64,000 nt of DNA, taken from an uncultured Rhodospirillaceae bacterium. GTDB lineage: Bacteria > Pseudomonadota > Alphaproteobacteria > UBA9219. The stretch lies in NCBI GenBank assembly GCA_964649675.1, contig CAZYPX010000001.1, positions 10,470 through 74,469 on the forward strand. Direction: 5' to 3'. The position numbers and the translations under genes are program-made. Within the stretch, counting starts at the first letter, position 1. Each line of letters starts with the position of its first letter. The notes beneath the pieces are model-generated. The model was given only the letters and a program-made list of their open reading frames with translations. It searched no databases and was not told the origin of the DNA. Shown here piece by piece: positions 21,449 to 31,852 of this stretch.

Positions 21449-22684
21449 CTACACAGGCTCAGCCCCCATATAGACATTGCCGATCTTTTCTTTTTCCAAG
21501 GCGTGATAGAGCTTTTGCTCAAACCCATGCAGCAAAGCGCTGCCTGCAGCATCAGCCCCCGTGTATGCCTTCGAAAACTCGCCATATACGGCCCCATCTG
21601 CTTTCAGCAGGTCATACGGCGAAGTGACCAGAACGGCCTTGATCCTGCCCGGTACAAGAATGACACGGCAGGTTCCTGTGACACGCTTTTGCGAGCTGAC
21701 CAAAAAGGCCTTCAGATCGTCCATATAGGGATCGTAGGTTTTTGCCTCATGCAGCAGGATTCCAAAAGTTTCGGCGATCTGCTTTTTGCCGGTTATCTGG
21801 AATTGCGTCATGACGATAGCTTCGAGCCGCTTATGAGCCTCATAAATCAGATCGGCAGCCGGAGATTCAAAGGCAATACGGCCTTTCTTTCCCGGTGTCG
21901 TGGTGCTTAGGTAATAGTTACGGCCATATCCGAACCGGTTGCCAATCTCTGTAATGCGCTGGATAATGGCGACTTCGCCGGTCGTTTTCTGACCCTCGTA
22001 GCTGAGTTCAACTAGATTGCCTTGCTCAAAGGTGATGTCGAGAACAGCTTCAGTGGCATAGGGATCTGGCTGGCTGTACCATGCCTCCTCGGGTATCAGG
22101 CCATCAGCTTTGTGGGTCTCACCGCCGCCAATAGAAATTCCCCAAAGGCCAACGTTATAAGAATACGTAGTCTTTTTTTCTGTTATCGATATGCCGTGAT
22201 TACGCAGGTAATCTGCGGAAAATGTTCTGGTTATATCGAACTCGCGGATTGGCGATTTAGGAATGATTTTCCCGCCGCCCATGACTTGTGTGGCAACATC
22301 AAAGCGGTATTGATCATTACCCGCGCCTGTCGAACCATTAATGAAAAAGTTCGCGTCTTCTTTCTCGCAAATGTCCAGAACTTCCTTGGCAATCACAGGA
22401 CGTTCCGCGCTCACGCAAAGAGGATATCCGTCACGGGTCACGTTTCCGTAAATCAGATATTTTATAATGTGCTCGTAAAATTTGTCTGCGGCTTCAACAT
22501 AGATGTGCTTATCGGCACCAACTTCCTTACTTCTTTTGGCAATAGTTTCGGCTTCCGACGATCCGAAGCCTCCTGTGTTGACGGTGCAGGTTATGATTTT
22601 CTCTATTCCATAAGCCTCGCGGCAGTACGGAACCAGAAAGGAGGTATCGAGACCTCCCGAAAATGCGATTACGGCTATAGACAT
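21449..22684 (-). CDS. argG: argininosuccinate synthase-family PP-loop enzyme (ArgG-like; island copy)
   Basis: PP-loop AFSGGLDTS at the N-terminus plus downstream ArgG blocks (GSTGAGNDQYRFD, ISIGGGETH). The likely start is ATG 22684, which has an AGGAG RBS. The ORF track begins at the upstream GTG 22765. Confidence 0.75.
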   Translation of the reverse strand: MSIAVIAFSGGLDTSFLVPYCREAYGIEKIITCTVNTGGFGSSEAETIAKRSKEVGADKHIYVEAADKFYEHIIKYLIYGNVTRDGYPLCVSAERPVIAKEVLDICEKEDANFFINGSTGAGNDQYRFDVATQVMGGGKIIPKSPIREFDITRTFSADYLRNHGISITEKKTTYSYNVGLWGISIGGGETHKADGLIPEEAWYSQPDPYATEAVLDITFEQGNLVELSYEGQKTTGEVAIIQRITEIGNRFGYGRNYYLSTTTPGKKGRIAFESPAADLIYEAHKRLEAIVMTQFQITGKKQIAETFGILLHEAKTYDPYMDDLKAFLVSSQKRVTGTCRVILVPGRIKAVLVTSPYDLLKADGAVYGEFSKAYTGADAAGSALLHGFEQKLYHALEKEKIGNVYMGAEPV

Positions 22685-22712
22685 CTTTGTTCTCCTTCTG
22701 GAAACGGTTTCA

Positions 22713-23609
22713 TTACAGGTGGTAGCCTTGTGGACGCTCGATAATCGGCAAAAACACGCCATCACTGCGTGTTACGGAATACGGCGGAGCGATAATGTAG
22801 TGCTTTCCGCTCTCAATACCTTCCTGTATGCGTCGCTTTGTCGACATATCATGGGCGTTCAACCAGAAGGTCGGTTTGATCGGATGATCAGGTATTTCAA
22901 CGTGGTCGGGACTGTAATTCACGTTCATTTTCAAAATGAGCGTCATGTCCTTCCCTGGATGCAACGGAACCATTGATTGCTCTATTTCCATTGATTTGGA
23001 CACCCGTCCATGCACCTTGATTGAGGGGCTGTCGTATTGAGCAATAACGCGATACTCCTTGCCATTCGCCATGTGCGTTTCGAGGGACAGAATCTTGGTG
23101 TAGAGGCCGAGATTCTTAACCCCATCTATTTCCCTGCCGAGGCTAAACAGAGAGAAGTTTACGAAACTTCCGTCAGCTGCCATTGCATCAATCTGTCCCG
23201 AAACGGGAATATGAGAGAGTTGCTCAAGCTCGATGCAAGGATCATTTTGATAATGTTCCAGCATCACCTTGGGTATATCTCCTTTCGGCTTCATGAAGCC
23301 CACGACGCTTTCTTGCATCAGGACGCAATCGACATAGACCCATCCCGGCATCTTGTAGTCTGCTGATTTAAAGCTAAGCGAATTTGAGAGGAGATAGGCT
23401 TCAAGCAAGGCCTTATGTTCCTCAGCCTCCATGACAAAAGGGCAAAGGTCGATGCCGAAAGGCTTAAGGTTGAAGTGAGGCAAAAGCCGCTTGGACGTTG
23501 CTATATAGGGCACGTAACCGTGCTCTAGAAGTGAGGCAAGCCACGCAGGCGGCTTTTCTCTCACACTTTTTTCAATTTTAGACATTGGGGTACCTTCCTC
23601 CATTCCCAA
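22713..23609 (-). CDS. hypothetical protein (298 aa), first gene of the argG-like operon
   Basis: ORF with no motif I can assign. It ends 26 nt before the argG-like start. Confidence 0.35.
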   Translation of the reverse strand: MGMEEGTPMSKIEKSVREKPPAWLASLLEHGYVPYIATSKRLLPHFNLKPFGIDLCPFVMEAEEHKALLEAYLLSNSLSFKSADYKMPGWVYVDCVLMQESVVGFMKPKGDIPKVMLEHYQNDPCIELEQLSHIPVSGQIDAMAADGSFVNFSLFSLGREIDGVKNLGLYTKILSLETHMANGKEYRVIAQYDSPSIKVHGRVSKSMEIEQSMVPLHPGKDMTLILKMNVNYSPDHVEIPDHPIKPTFWLNAHDMSTKRRIQEGIESGKHYIIAPPYSVTRSDGVFLPIIERPQGYHL

Positions 23610-23858
23610 AACACAGAATTTGCGTTCAGGTCGGCGTTAAAAGTTTTGATGCAAGTCGGCATGCGCTTTTAACGCATGAAGACAAACACAGATGTAATTT
23701 AGGCAGGAGGATATGTGCGCCTAAGCGGCGCGTCGCAGCGTACGAAGAGCAGAAATGTGTGCGACATACTTCATGCGTCATATCCTATGCGAACGGGCCT
23801 GAAGATTCAATAGAAAACACAGGGTTTTTTACTTTCTTCGTGCCCATGGGCATGCCTA

Positions 23859-24836
23859 CTAAAACAACTCGCAAACCATGCAACGAACCGAACCGCCGCC
23901 GAATTTCTCAATCGTTGGGATTGGCGCTTTGATGAATCCCGTCACGTGATTTCGGTATTGCTTGATTTGCGTCCGTGTAAGTGCGCCAAAAGCGCACTGC
24001 GATAGAGCCAAATAACGTTCGTTACTACGGCCAACCACTTCCAGTGCATTTCCACTGAAACTGCGTACCTGATCTGATGTCAGCACGATTACTTCATGGT
24101 TTCGCTCAAGCTCGCTTACAACGCGCTGGCGGTCTCCCTGCACAATCATGTCGGCTGCTATAGCAGCGTACCCGGTACCGATATGGGCTACTACGTTCGT
24201 GTGATAAACAGGTTTGCCTGTGCTATCATCACAAGTGTCAAATACAACCGGTTTATAATCGGTAATCCTGCTCCAGATCTGGATTAAGTCGTCGTTGGTG
24301 CGGCGTGACCGCGCGACATAGGCTTCTCTGTTAATATGGTCGAGGACAAAAACACCCGTTCCCTCCAAACTTTGCCCCTGTCTTTCCGCGCGCGAAAGAT
24401 CAAAAACAAAGTCGTACTTTTCTTTAAGGAAGTTTGTTATGTCATCTCGTCGTTCACGACGGCGGCTTGGCGTCGCCATAGGATAAAGAAACATCGCACC
24501 ATCGGGCGTCGTTGACACCCAATTGTTTGGGAAAACATCATCGGGACAGTTTTTGCTTCCTACAAAACAGGTAACTTGGACACCAGCTTCCAAAAACCGA
24601 TCACGCAAATCGCGCATCTCACGTCTGGCATTTTCAGCGACCTCAGCAGCATTTAAGTCGTTTTTGTGCTGAAATCCGTTATCGACGCCTGTTTCGTGGT
24701 TGTAATTGAACGCAACCGGCTCGATCATAAGAATATGATTGGTAGATTGTGGTCTGTCTTGCATAAGCTCTCCTTTAAATGTCGTTTTGCTATAAAGTGA
24801 ATTGCTGTGCGGCCTCTTTGGGCGTTGAGAGCCCAC
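23859..24836 (-). CDS. guanidino-group modifying enzyme superfamily protein (DDAH/amidinotransferase/CtlX-like)
   Basis: 325-aa ORF with a C-terminal GGGSVRCMVCEL active-site Cys context typical of the amidinotransferase/DDAH/ADI fold. Confidence 0.5.
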   Translation of the reverse strand: MGSQRPKRPHSNSLYSKTTFKGELMQDRPQSTNHILMIEPVAFNYNHETGVDNGFQHKNDLNAAEVAENARREMRDLRDRFLEAGVQVTCFVGSKNCPDDVFPNNWVSTTPDGAMFLYPMATPSRRRERRDDITNFLKEKYDFVFDLSRAERQGQSLEGTGVFVLDHINREAYVARSRRTNDDLIQIWSRITDYKPVVFDTCDDSTGKPVYHTNVVAHIGTGYAAIAADMIVQGDRQRVVSELERNHEVIVLTSDQVRSFSGNALEVVGRSNERYLALSQCAFGALTRTQIKQYRNHVTGFIKAPIPTIEKFGGGSVRCMVCELF

Positions 24837-25854
24837 CGGGAACGCGGTGTTGATTGATGTTGTTTGTTAGGCAATGAATAGCCCCGCCTGCGGCAATGAA
24901 GCGGCTGACGTCTCTCGTAACAACTTCGTATCCAGCCTTGCGAATGCGTTCCTGAAGATCATTGCTGCATTCGGGAATGACGACCGTGCCATTCAGACAA
25001 ACAAGGTTACAGGCCAGCTTTTCGGCATCTTCTTTGGTCACGGGAATGAGGTAGTCATTTATTGGCAAGTCGTAATCGCCAAAAGCACGCTTTTTGAAAA
25101 ACTGAAGCGCTTTTGGAGAAATGCCCTTCTCGTAAAAAACGATGTGGCCCTTAGAGAGGGGCGCTAATGACGTATCAATATGAAAAAACGGTCGGCTTAC
25201 CGGGAGACTTACCACCTCTATTCCAGTCGTCGCTTTTAAAGCCTCATGCGCGCGTAAATCCGAACGCCCTGAAGCCGCGCAAGATCTGTCCGGCTGCTGA
25301 CAATATCCTGACCAAAAGACATCTCTGAAAGCATCATAGACATTATCGCCGGTACCCTCAGTCCGATAATAAGATTCGACAATAGGTCTGTTTGGAAGGT
25401 TGCGCTCGAAAAAAGCTGCATTTATTGCGACCTCGGTTTGCCGGTTTTCATTTGAAAAGCGGCTTAAGAGCGTAATTGATTTTGGCTGATTTGCCCTGCG
25501 CAAGTCCCAGCCATTCCCAATTACTGAAAGCGTTGGGTCGGCTGTAAACACCAAGTCCGGACAATTTCTATCCGGAGTGATTTCTACTACCTGAGCGCCG
25601 AGCGATACCAAAGTACGCTTTAAATCCTTCCATTGGGCATTTGCCTCGCGGCGAAACTTTTTAGGACTTTTTTGATATTCCCTGAATCCCTTAACTTCAA
25701 AATCGTTGGCAGCCCCAACCGCTAAGTCCGGTTCCCTGATCTCATAAAAATCTGGAGGACACATCAAAAAAACTGGGGCTTCACACGAGTTACCTGTCTC
25801 GTGTCCGCTTATGGCAAAATCTACGGCAGACATGGTTTTTGCGCTCCACAACAC
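24790..25854 (-). CDS. amidinotransferase-superfamily protein (second, overlapping paralogue-like gene)
   Basis: 354-aa ORF with C-terminal AAGGAIHCLTNN (conserved catalytic Cys). Its 3' end overlaps the next gene by 47 nt (translational coupling). Confidence 0.5.
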   Translation of the reverse strand: MLWSAKTMSAVDFAISGHETGNSCEAPVFLMCPPDFYEIREPDLAVGAANDFEVKGFREYQKSPKKFRREANAQWKDLKRTLVSLGAQVVEITPDRNCPDLVFTADPTLSVIGNGWDLRRANQPKSITLLSRFSNENRQTEVAINAAFFERNLPNRPIVESYYRTEGTGDNVYDAFRDVFWSGYCQQPDRSCAASGRSDLRAHEALKATTGIEVVSLPVSRPFFHIDTSLAPLSKGHIVFYEKGISPKALQFFKKRAFGDYDLPINDYLIPVTKEDAEKLACNLVCLNGTVVIPECSNDLQERIRKAGYEVVTRDVSRFIAAGGAIHCLTNNINQHRVPGGLSTPKEAAQQFTL

Positions 25855-26129
25855 AAATCAAATTATGTTGTTTGAGGTAACAAAATCCGCGCATACGAAG
25901 CCACGGCAGTAATGATCGCAAAGTGATCACCTTGTGAGCGCTTTCCGCTCAATTCTTTAAGGTGAGTGCACTGCTTTCATGCATTGATGCTTTATGGCTC
26001 AGTCGTTTCCTTTGATTCAAAATCGCTCATATAACGAGCGCAAAATGCTCATTAAACCCGATGCGGTTGCGCACACAAATTTGAAAAATGGAGGCATTCA
26101 ATGAACAGATTTTATGATCAGGAAACGTT

Positions 26130-27998
26130 ATGTGCAGGATATATGGGTATATTTCAGATGGGTCGGATCGCCTCGACCAAAAGATTTTTCAGGTCTCACA
26201 ATCCCAGATAAATGGTGGGCCTGACTCACAGAAAATGGTTGCTTTCCCCGAGTATGGGATTGGATGCAATCGTCTCGCCATAACCGACCCAAGCGGCGGC
26301 CTTCAACCCTATAATGGAGTGCCTGGTGTGTACGCCGTCCTGAATGGCGAAATTTATAATCACGATGAACTGCGACGCGAACTTGAAGGTTACGGATATC
26401 GGTTCAAAGACAGATGCGACGGCACAATTATACCTGCCTTATATGAGAAATACGGCGCGGCGTTCCCTGAATATCTCGATGGGATGTTTACAATTGCCGT
26501 TCTTGATTTGCGTCGAAACAAACCATCCTTGCTGTTGGCCTCCGACACATCTGGTATAAAACCGGTTTATTTTACCCATCGTTCTGGCAATGGCTCACTC
26601 GCTTTTGCGACCGAAATCCCGGCCTTGTTGAACTTCGGCATTGCGCCAGGCTCAATATGGAAAACAGGGATTGATCACTATCTGACAACCCGTAGCGTCA
26701 CAGGCCTTCGCACATTATTGGATGACGTGTATTCGTTGCCGCCGGGCAGCGTTTTACATAAACGATTTGGCAAAGAGCCGAAAATCTCAGCTTACAAGTC
26801 TCGCATTCAATATAACGGCCCTACGCCAAAAGATTTAAATGAAGCAAGCGAGATTTTCAGGGATCTTTTGGCACACGAAGTCAAAAGTCTGTCCAGAGCG
26901 GACGCAAAGGTCTGCAGCATAAACAGCGGAGGTCTGGACTCAAGCCTTGTCACCTCGCTCCTTTGCAGGGCGACTGAAAGTCAGGTCAGCTCGTTTCACG
27001 TCGCTGTCGCAGGCAACTGGCCCTTCGATGAACGCGTCTATGCACGTGAGCTGGCTACCACGTACGGTATCGATTATCACGAGGCCATCGTTCACCCCGA
27101 AGAGATACCGGCGCTGTTCTCAAAGATGGCCTACCATTTGGGACAGCCAAACTGCGCGCCCCACGCCCTAAGCACATTTCGATTGTTTGAAAAGGTCTCG
27201 CAGCATGGCTTCAGGGTTGCGCTAACCGGCGAAGGCTCTGATGAACTATTCTGCGGCCATAGCCGGATCGGGCTTGCCATTAGAGATCAGAATAGAAACT
27301 GGGCTTCGAATTATCTGGATCGCATGGCTCCTTGTCCAGAAGACATGCGTTGGTCGCTTTACAGCAGCGATTTTGCCCAGAGTTTGAAGGCTTCTCAATC
27401 CGTATGCAAAGACAAAAAGACTCAATGGCTCCACAGCATTGAAGACAGGTCGGTTGCGGTCAGAAAATTCGAGCAATGCTTTAGCTTGCCTTACTACATC
27501 CTCCATCGTGTCGAGCCACTCGCTATGGCATCGGGCGTTGAAGTGCGCGTGCCTTTCTGCCAGCCACGCATCATGGACTTTGCGTGGAAAGTTGATCCTA
27601 ATCTCTTTCTTGCCAATGGAGATCGCGGCAAGGCAATCGTCTACGGTGCGGCAGAAGGCCTTGTTCCCCGCTCGATCTTAGAGCGTCCCAAGCAGCCTTT
27701 CACTCTTCCTGTTATCAAATTGATGCACAAGGGAAGCCCGCTGATGGACTTCATTAAAAGCACTCTCTTTTCGCACAGCTTGGCTGAGGATGGAACATTC
27801 AACCAAAGCGGCCTTAAGCGCCTTATCGAAAGGCAAGAAGCCTCACCCTCCAAGGAGACCGCTTTCACCATCTGGGCCGTGGCGAATTACGCTGTCTGGA
27901 AGGACATGGTTGAGGAAATCGTGAAGCAAGCACCTGCGCCAGAGCGGGCTGCAACTCTCGTGGCACAGCCAACCTGCCGCTTGGCTGCATTACCTTAA
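26130..27998 (+). CDS. asparagine synthetase B-like glutamine-dependent amidoligase
   Basis: N-terminal MC nucleophile (class II GATase), PP-loop SINSGGLDSS, 622 aa. The divergent promoter region 25855-26129 is shared with the amidinotransferase operon. Confidence 0.7.
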   Translation: MCRIYGYISDGSDRLDQKIFQVSQSQINGGPDSQKMVAFPEYGIGCNRLAITDPSGGLQPYNGVPGVYAVLNGEIYNHDELRRELEGYGYRFKDRCDGTIIPALYEKYGAAFPEYLDGMFTIAVLDLRRNKPSLLLASDTSGIKPVYFTHRSGNGSLAFATEIPALLNFGIAPGSIWKTGIDHYLTTRSVTGLRTLLDDVYSLPPGSVLHKRFGKEPKISAYKSRIQYNGPTPKDLNEASEIFRDLLAHEVKSLSRADAKVCSINSGGLDSSLVTSLLCRATESQVSSFHVAVAGNWPFDERVYARELATTYGIDYHEAIVHPEEIPALFSKMAYHLGQPNCAPHALSTFRLFEKVSQHGFRVALTGEGSDELFCGHSRIGLAIRDQNRNWASNYLDRMAPCPEDMRWSLYSSDFAQSLKASQSVCKDKKTQWLHSIEDRSVAVRKFEQCFSLPYYILHRVEPLAMASGVEVRVPFCQPRIMDFAWKVDPNLFLANGDRGKAIVYGAAEGLVPRSILERPKQPFTLPVIKLMHKGSPLMDFIKSTLFSHSLAEDGTFNQSGLKRLIERQEASPSKETAFTIWAVANYAVWKDMVEEIVKQAPAPERAATLVAQPTCRLAALP

Positions 27999-28024
27999 AC
28001 CACAAAATTAACAGGAGAATACAA

Positions 28025-29137
28025 ATGAAAGATTTTTATAAAAAACATAAAGATGATTTTAAATTCGCTTGGGAAGTCGAATTGATGGTTACCGATGATA
28101 ACTACACACCTTTGTTTGGTGATACGTTACCGTTTGATCGTCTTCAAGACATCCTGAATTCCGTGCCAGTCAATGATATCCCGTATGTTGTCGAAAAATA
28201 CAAAGGGTCAGGTGTCCGTCCTTACTATATCGAAGGCTACGACGCCGGATATGAAGGGGAAAAAGTCCGAAGCGTCTTTGTAAAAGGGATCGAGATCCGC
28301 ACACCAATATCCTTCACAATAAATGACTCAGTTCAGTCCTTCGCTACATATTACGACAAGATGCAGACAGCGATAGAAGGCGAAAAACTTCACCTTACAT
28401 GTTTTGGTAATCATCCCTTCCAACCAGCCTTTAAAGGGGAACGAGGCCGCCGCAGTGTTATCGAATGGACTTCAGCAGAAGTAGCCACCACCACGCATGG
28501 GCTTGTCGTCAATATCAGTTTGCCCGACGCGCTTGAAGCCAAACTGGATCGGCAAAAGCTCGACATCCGCTTTTCCTACGCGGCCCCCACGATGGTGCTA
28601 TTTGCGGGAAACACGCCCTTCAGAAATGGCGAACTCTGGAAGCCCGATGGACGGCAAGCCTATTCAGATCGATCATACCGCAGATCATTCGTGCGCAATA
28701 CGGTCTATTACCGCGACGAGCATCACAATCGTAAGGAAGTGACATTGTTCGATATGACCAATGATCTGAACATGTACCGAGCTTTCGCGGCCCTTAGCCT
28801 TGGCATTATTCTCAGCGATGAGGAAGTTCCTGTAATCCCTGACCGTTTTTCGAAAGAAAATATCCGTCGCGTTACAAAGCATGGTTATGACGCACAACTC
28901 ATGAACAGGCACTTTGAAGAGGCTGCAGCTGAAACCGTAGCCCATCGCGTGCTCGACTTGGTCTCGACAGCCCTCAAGCAACATGGCTTTGACACCGCAA
29001 TGGTCAATCCATTATGGAAACAGGTCGAGGAGAAGGAAATGCCCGCTCATCGCACTATTCAAGCCTACAACGAAGGCGGGTCTATCCAGTCCGTGCTAAA
29101 GTCCCGTTCGCAGCTCATACGTCTGACCCGCGAATGA
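28025..29137 (+). CDS. divergent GCS2/YbdK-like carboxylate-amine ligase (tentative)
   Basis: 370-aa ORF. FAWEVELMV and VLFAGNTPF resemble the YbdK blocks LGVEFELGL and LSASSPF seen in the bona fide ybdK at 46280-47533 in this window. The similarity is weak. Confidence 0.35.
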   Translation: MKDFYKKHKDDFKFAWEVELMVTDDNYTPLFGDTLPFDRLQDILNSVPVNDIPYVVEKYKGSGVRPYYIEGYDAGYEGEKVRSVFVKGIEIRTPISFTINDSVQSFATYYDKMQTAIEGEKLHLTCFGNHPFQPAFKGERGRRSVIEWTSAEVATTTHGLVVNISLPDALEAKLDRQKLDIRFSYAAPTMVLFAGNTPFRNGELWKPDGRQAYSDRSYRRSFVRNTVYYRDEHHNRKEVTLFDMTNDLNMYRAFAALSLGIILSDEEVPVIPDRFSKENIRRVTKHGYDAQLMNRHFEEAAAETVAHRVLDLVSTALKQHGFDTAMVNPLWKQVEEKEMPAHRTIQAYNEGGSIQSVLKSRSQLIRLTRE

Positions 29138-29827
29138 TCACCGGCTTGACTTCGTGTGCTTCTGAACCATCGGCATTGTTTGCGTCGCCTTTTCCCACAG
29201 AGATGTGAAATGGCGACGCGCCGAAATAACCATCTTGGGCGACTCAACAAGAATGAGTTTGCCAAAAGGTTCTCCATTTGGAGCCACGATGCCGTATTTC
29301 TCGCCATAGACGCAAAATGGCACGGGATCCATAAAGGTGCGTGGCAGGACACGGAATTGAAACCGAGGTGTTGAAAATGGCGGTTCAATCTCATCCGTCA
29401 GCAAACATTTAATTGTCACAGTGCTGTTAAGATCAACAAGCGCGTCAAGGTCGGTAATACGTCCTATACCGCAATACTTGGCGAACGCAGCTGACGTTGG
29501 CGCAACAATAAGGACATCTCCGCCATAGTGCTGAACAGTTTGCTTCAGATCCTCGTAGAAATCTTTACCGCCGTGTCCGCCTTCGTAGATATGAACGCCG
29601 CTCAATCGCCTCCGGAGGCCATCCGACTCCAGAAACTCGATACCGGCAGTTTCAAGACATTGCCTTATCTGCGTGGTCGTTGCTCCACGCGGCATAAAGC
29701 CGGTTTCAATCCGTCTTATAGTTGCCAGCGATATGCCCGTGGCATTCGCCAATTCCTTTTGCGACCAGTCTAACAAAGCCCGCGCTGCTCTGATTTGCCG
29801 CGAGCTGATACTATCAACCCGCCACAT
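29138..29827 (-). CDS. XRE-type HTH protein with conserved C-terminal domain of about 150 aa (paralogue 1)
   Basis: N-terminus IRAARALLDWSQKELANATGISLATIRRIE. The C-terminus shares blocks (GIEF, GGDV, KCLL, FQFR, P.PF..YG.KY, F…WEK) with the ORFs at 31172, 33377 and 63110. Confidence 0.55.
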   Translation of the reverse strand: MWRVDSISSRQIRAARALLDWSQKELANATGISLATIRRIETGFMPRGATTTQIRQCLETAGIEFLESDGLRRRLSGVHIYEGGHGGKDFYEDLKQTVQHYGGDVLIVAPTSAAFAKYCGIGRITDLDALVDLNSTVTIKCLLTDEIEPPFSTPRFQFRVLPRTFMDPVPFCVYGEKYGIVAPNGEPFGKLILVESPKMVISARRHFTSLWEKATQTMPMVQKHTKSSR

Positions 29828-30335
29828 GATATTCTCCTAAATTTGCATTTTCGGGTAAAAAGAATTCAGCCATATCGATTAGCTCATGCAGGACAGGTGT
29901 CTCGGCATGTTTCAAAAGGCTAATTTTCTTTAGAAACCTGTGCTTGCGTTTTTGCTTCGGTAGAAGTGGATCTTCGGAGGCTACCCGACCGGAATAGACA
30001 AGCGTGTAGACCGGCTCGCCTTTATCATTCCTTCCCTCAAGAATACTTGAAACGCGCAGGTCGCCAAGCTTCACGTTGGCGGCTTCAATGGCTTCCCTTC
30101 TAGCCGCGTCCTCAGCGTCTTCATCATCCCACTCGACCTTACCGCATAAAATTGAGTACTTCCGGCCCTGCCTAAAGGACAAAATTCTATCCTGATCGTT
30201 AAACGCAATCACCTTGACCCTACGAACCCTATCGGGATCGTAAGGAAAAACAGGTTCATGAAGCTGGATATCTATCATCAATAAGCCTCCAGCCAATTCA
30301 ATTCGACTTTCGCGAGGCCATAAGCCATGCGCCAA
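29814..30335 (-). CDS. NUDIX-like hydrolase (degenerate Nudix box)
   Basis: GKVEWDDEDAEDAARREAIEAANV approximates GX5EX7REUXEEXGU. 173 aa. Confidence 0.35.
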   Translation of the reverse strand: MAHGLWPRESRIELAGGLLMIDIQLHEPVFPYDPDRVRRVKVIAFNDQDRILSFRQGRKYSILCGKVEWDDEDAEDAARREAIEAANVKLGDLRVSSILEGRNDKGEPVYTLVYSGRVASEDPLLPKQKRKHRFLKKISLLKHAETPVLHELIDMAEFFLPENANLGEYHVAG

Positions 30336-30487
30336 TGCTGCTCGATTTCTCCTTGAGTAAAACCTTCCGCCTTCAAGTCTTCGGGACGGCAGGATCCGTT
30401 GTTTTTCAGGAGTTCAATGATGGCGGTCGCCATGCGGTCGCAATCAGCAAAGAATCCTTTATCGCCTTGGATGCCAACGATTTTCAT
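30278..30487 (-). CDS. hypothetical small protein (69 aa)
   Basis: ORF only. It overlaps neighbours at both ends, so the start is uncertain. Confidence 0.2.
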   Translation of the reverse strand: MKIVGIQGDKGFFADCDRMATAIIELLKNNGSCRPEDLKAEGFTQGEIEQHWRMAYGLAKVELNWLEAY

Positions 30488-30924
30488 ATTTCCTCTCCTT
30501 CGTCGGCTTTTATTTCCTCGTCGATCATCGCCAAAACGCGGTTCGCGATCAGGTCGTCGGTAGCCATCTGGTAAAAATGCTGTTCCCGGAGGCGCGTTTG
30601 GCGAACTATGAGTTGTTCATAAAACTGAAGTAAGGTGGGTCGATCATGCGGAAGAGAGGCATCGCCTTTGTTCACGAGCTGACCTTTGAAATGATTGATC
30701 ATGTCGTTGATAGTGGTGCTGCTGACAGAAGGAACTTGATCGCATCTGCCAAATTGCTCTGGATGTGTTACTATGCAGAACTCTTCGATAAGACCGGCCA
30801 GCTTTCTTGCTTTATCCGCACCATCGTTATTGGCGTTTTCGCCCTTCATAACGACCGCTAAAAATCCCAAAGCTGTGAAAAGAACCTTAAAATCCGTGCG
30901 TGTCATGAAATCCTCTTTGATCAA
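30484..30924 (-). CDS. hypothetical protein (146 aa), first gene of the NUDIX/XRE operon
   Basis: ORF in the same orientation and tightly packed with the downstream genes. Confidence 0.3.
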   Translation of the reverse strand: MIKEDFMTRTDFKVLFTALGFLAVVMKGENANNDGADKARKLAGLIEEFCIVTHPEQFGRCDQVPSVSSTTINDMINHFKGQLVNKGDASLPHDRPTLLQFYEQLIVRQTRLREQHFYQMATDDLIANRVLAMIDEEIKADEGEEI

Positions 30925-31127
30925 ATATCACTTTGACCAAATGCGCAGGATCCCAAGCGTAAAACCACTTGTATATTTGTAGGTATTCAATGAAGTTTTG
31001 GAGGTTTCATACAAAAACAAGGACAGTTAGCGAAATTCGCTGATTTTTTGTATGTTTTTGCGAAGCTGAAAAGCAGGTGACGCAGATCGCGTATATTAAT
31101 TTGCTGTTATGAAGCACAAAAAACGAT

Positions 31128-31152
31128 AAGCGCGGCACCAACCGCGCTATAT
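31128..31152 (-). terminator. rho-independent terminator after XRE paralogue 2
   Basis: Minus-strand hairpin AGCGCGG-TTGGTG-CCGCGCT followed by a T-rich run (TATCGTTTTTTGTG). Confidence 0.35.
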
Positions 31153-31171
31153 CGAACCAATCCAAAATGTT

Positions 31172-31831
31172 TTAAGCGTTTGTGCGAGCGGTAAGCGGTC
31201 TGCCTTTTTCCCAAAAGACGTGAAATTGTGTGCGATGGGAGCTGGCCATACGTGTGGACGTGAAGACAAGATACCTGTAATTGCCGTTTTCTTCCAGGAG
31301 GACGTGAGCGTATTTATTGCCGTAAATATAAAACGGTGGCGGCATAATCGAGAAGCTGGTTATTGCGCGAAATTCAAACTGCGGAATTCTCATAGCAAAT
31401 TCGGAAGTTTGCGGCAGCAAGCATTTCACAGGAGCAATTTTGCCGATCTGCAGCAGTCGATCCATCGCATTTGGCCCAACGGCCCCACACGTATCGGCAA
31501 GCATCTCGGAGGATTCCATCATTGAAACCACGTCCCCGCCTCGCAGCTGTATAGTGGTCTTCAGGTCTTCGAGGAAACATTCGGTGCTTTTCTCGCCCAT
31601 AAAAACGTCAAAGTCTCGACGGCGTTGAACGCCTTCGGCGGTAGTAAACTCCAGTCCAGCCTTCTCGACAGCGCGTTTAATGTTTTCAGCAACTCTCACG
31701 CTTGGGACACAGCCCGTTTCGATGTTGCGGATCGTTGAAACGGCGACACCTGCTTCTTCAGCCATTCGTTCCTGAGACCAGTCAAGCATGGCTCTGGCGG
31801 CTTTGATTTGAGCTGGCTGCAAGCGGTACAT
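31172..31831 (-). CDS. XRE-type HTH protein with conserved C-terminal domain (paralogue 2)
   Basis: IKAARAMLDWSQERMAEEAGVAVSTIRNIE plus the shared C-terminal blocks. Confidence 0.55.
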   Translation of the reverse strand: MYRLQPAQIKAARAMLDWSQERMAEEAGVAVSTIRNIETGCVPSVRVAENIKRAVEKAGLEFTTAEGVQRRRDFDVFMGEKSTECFLEDLKTTIQLRGGDVVSMMESSEMLADTCGAVGPNAMDRLLQIGKIAPVKCLLPQTSEFAMRIPQFEFRAITSFSIMPPPFYIYGNKYAHVLLEENGNYRYLVFTSTRMASSHRTQFHVFWEKGRPLTARTNA

Positions 31832-31852
31832 AAGTTTGTCCTTGAAAATCTT

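Noticed and set aside
18921-22684. Interpreting argG/argH/argE-like genes as the housekeeping arginine biosynthesis operon
   Set aside because: They sit in the AT-rich island among amidinotransferase-like and AsnB-like genes. They lack argF, argB, argC and argD neighbours and are flanked by defence genes. An accessory, specialised pathway is more plausible, though not proven from this window alone.
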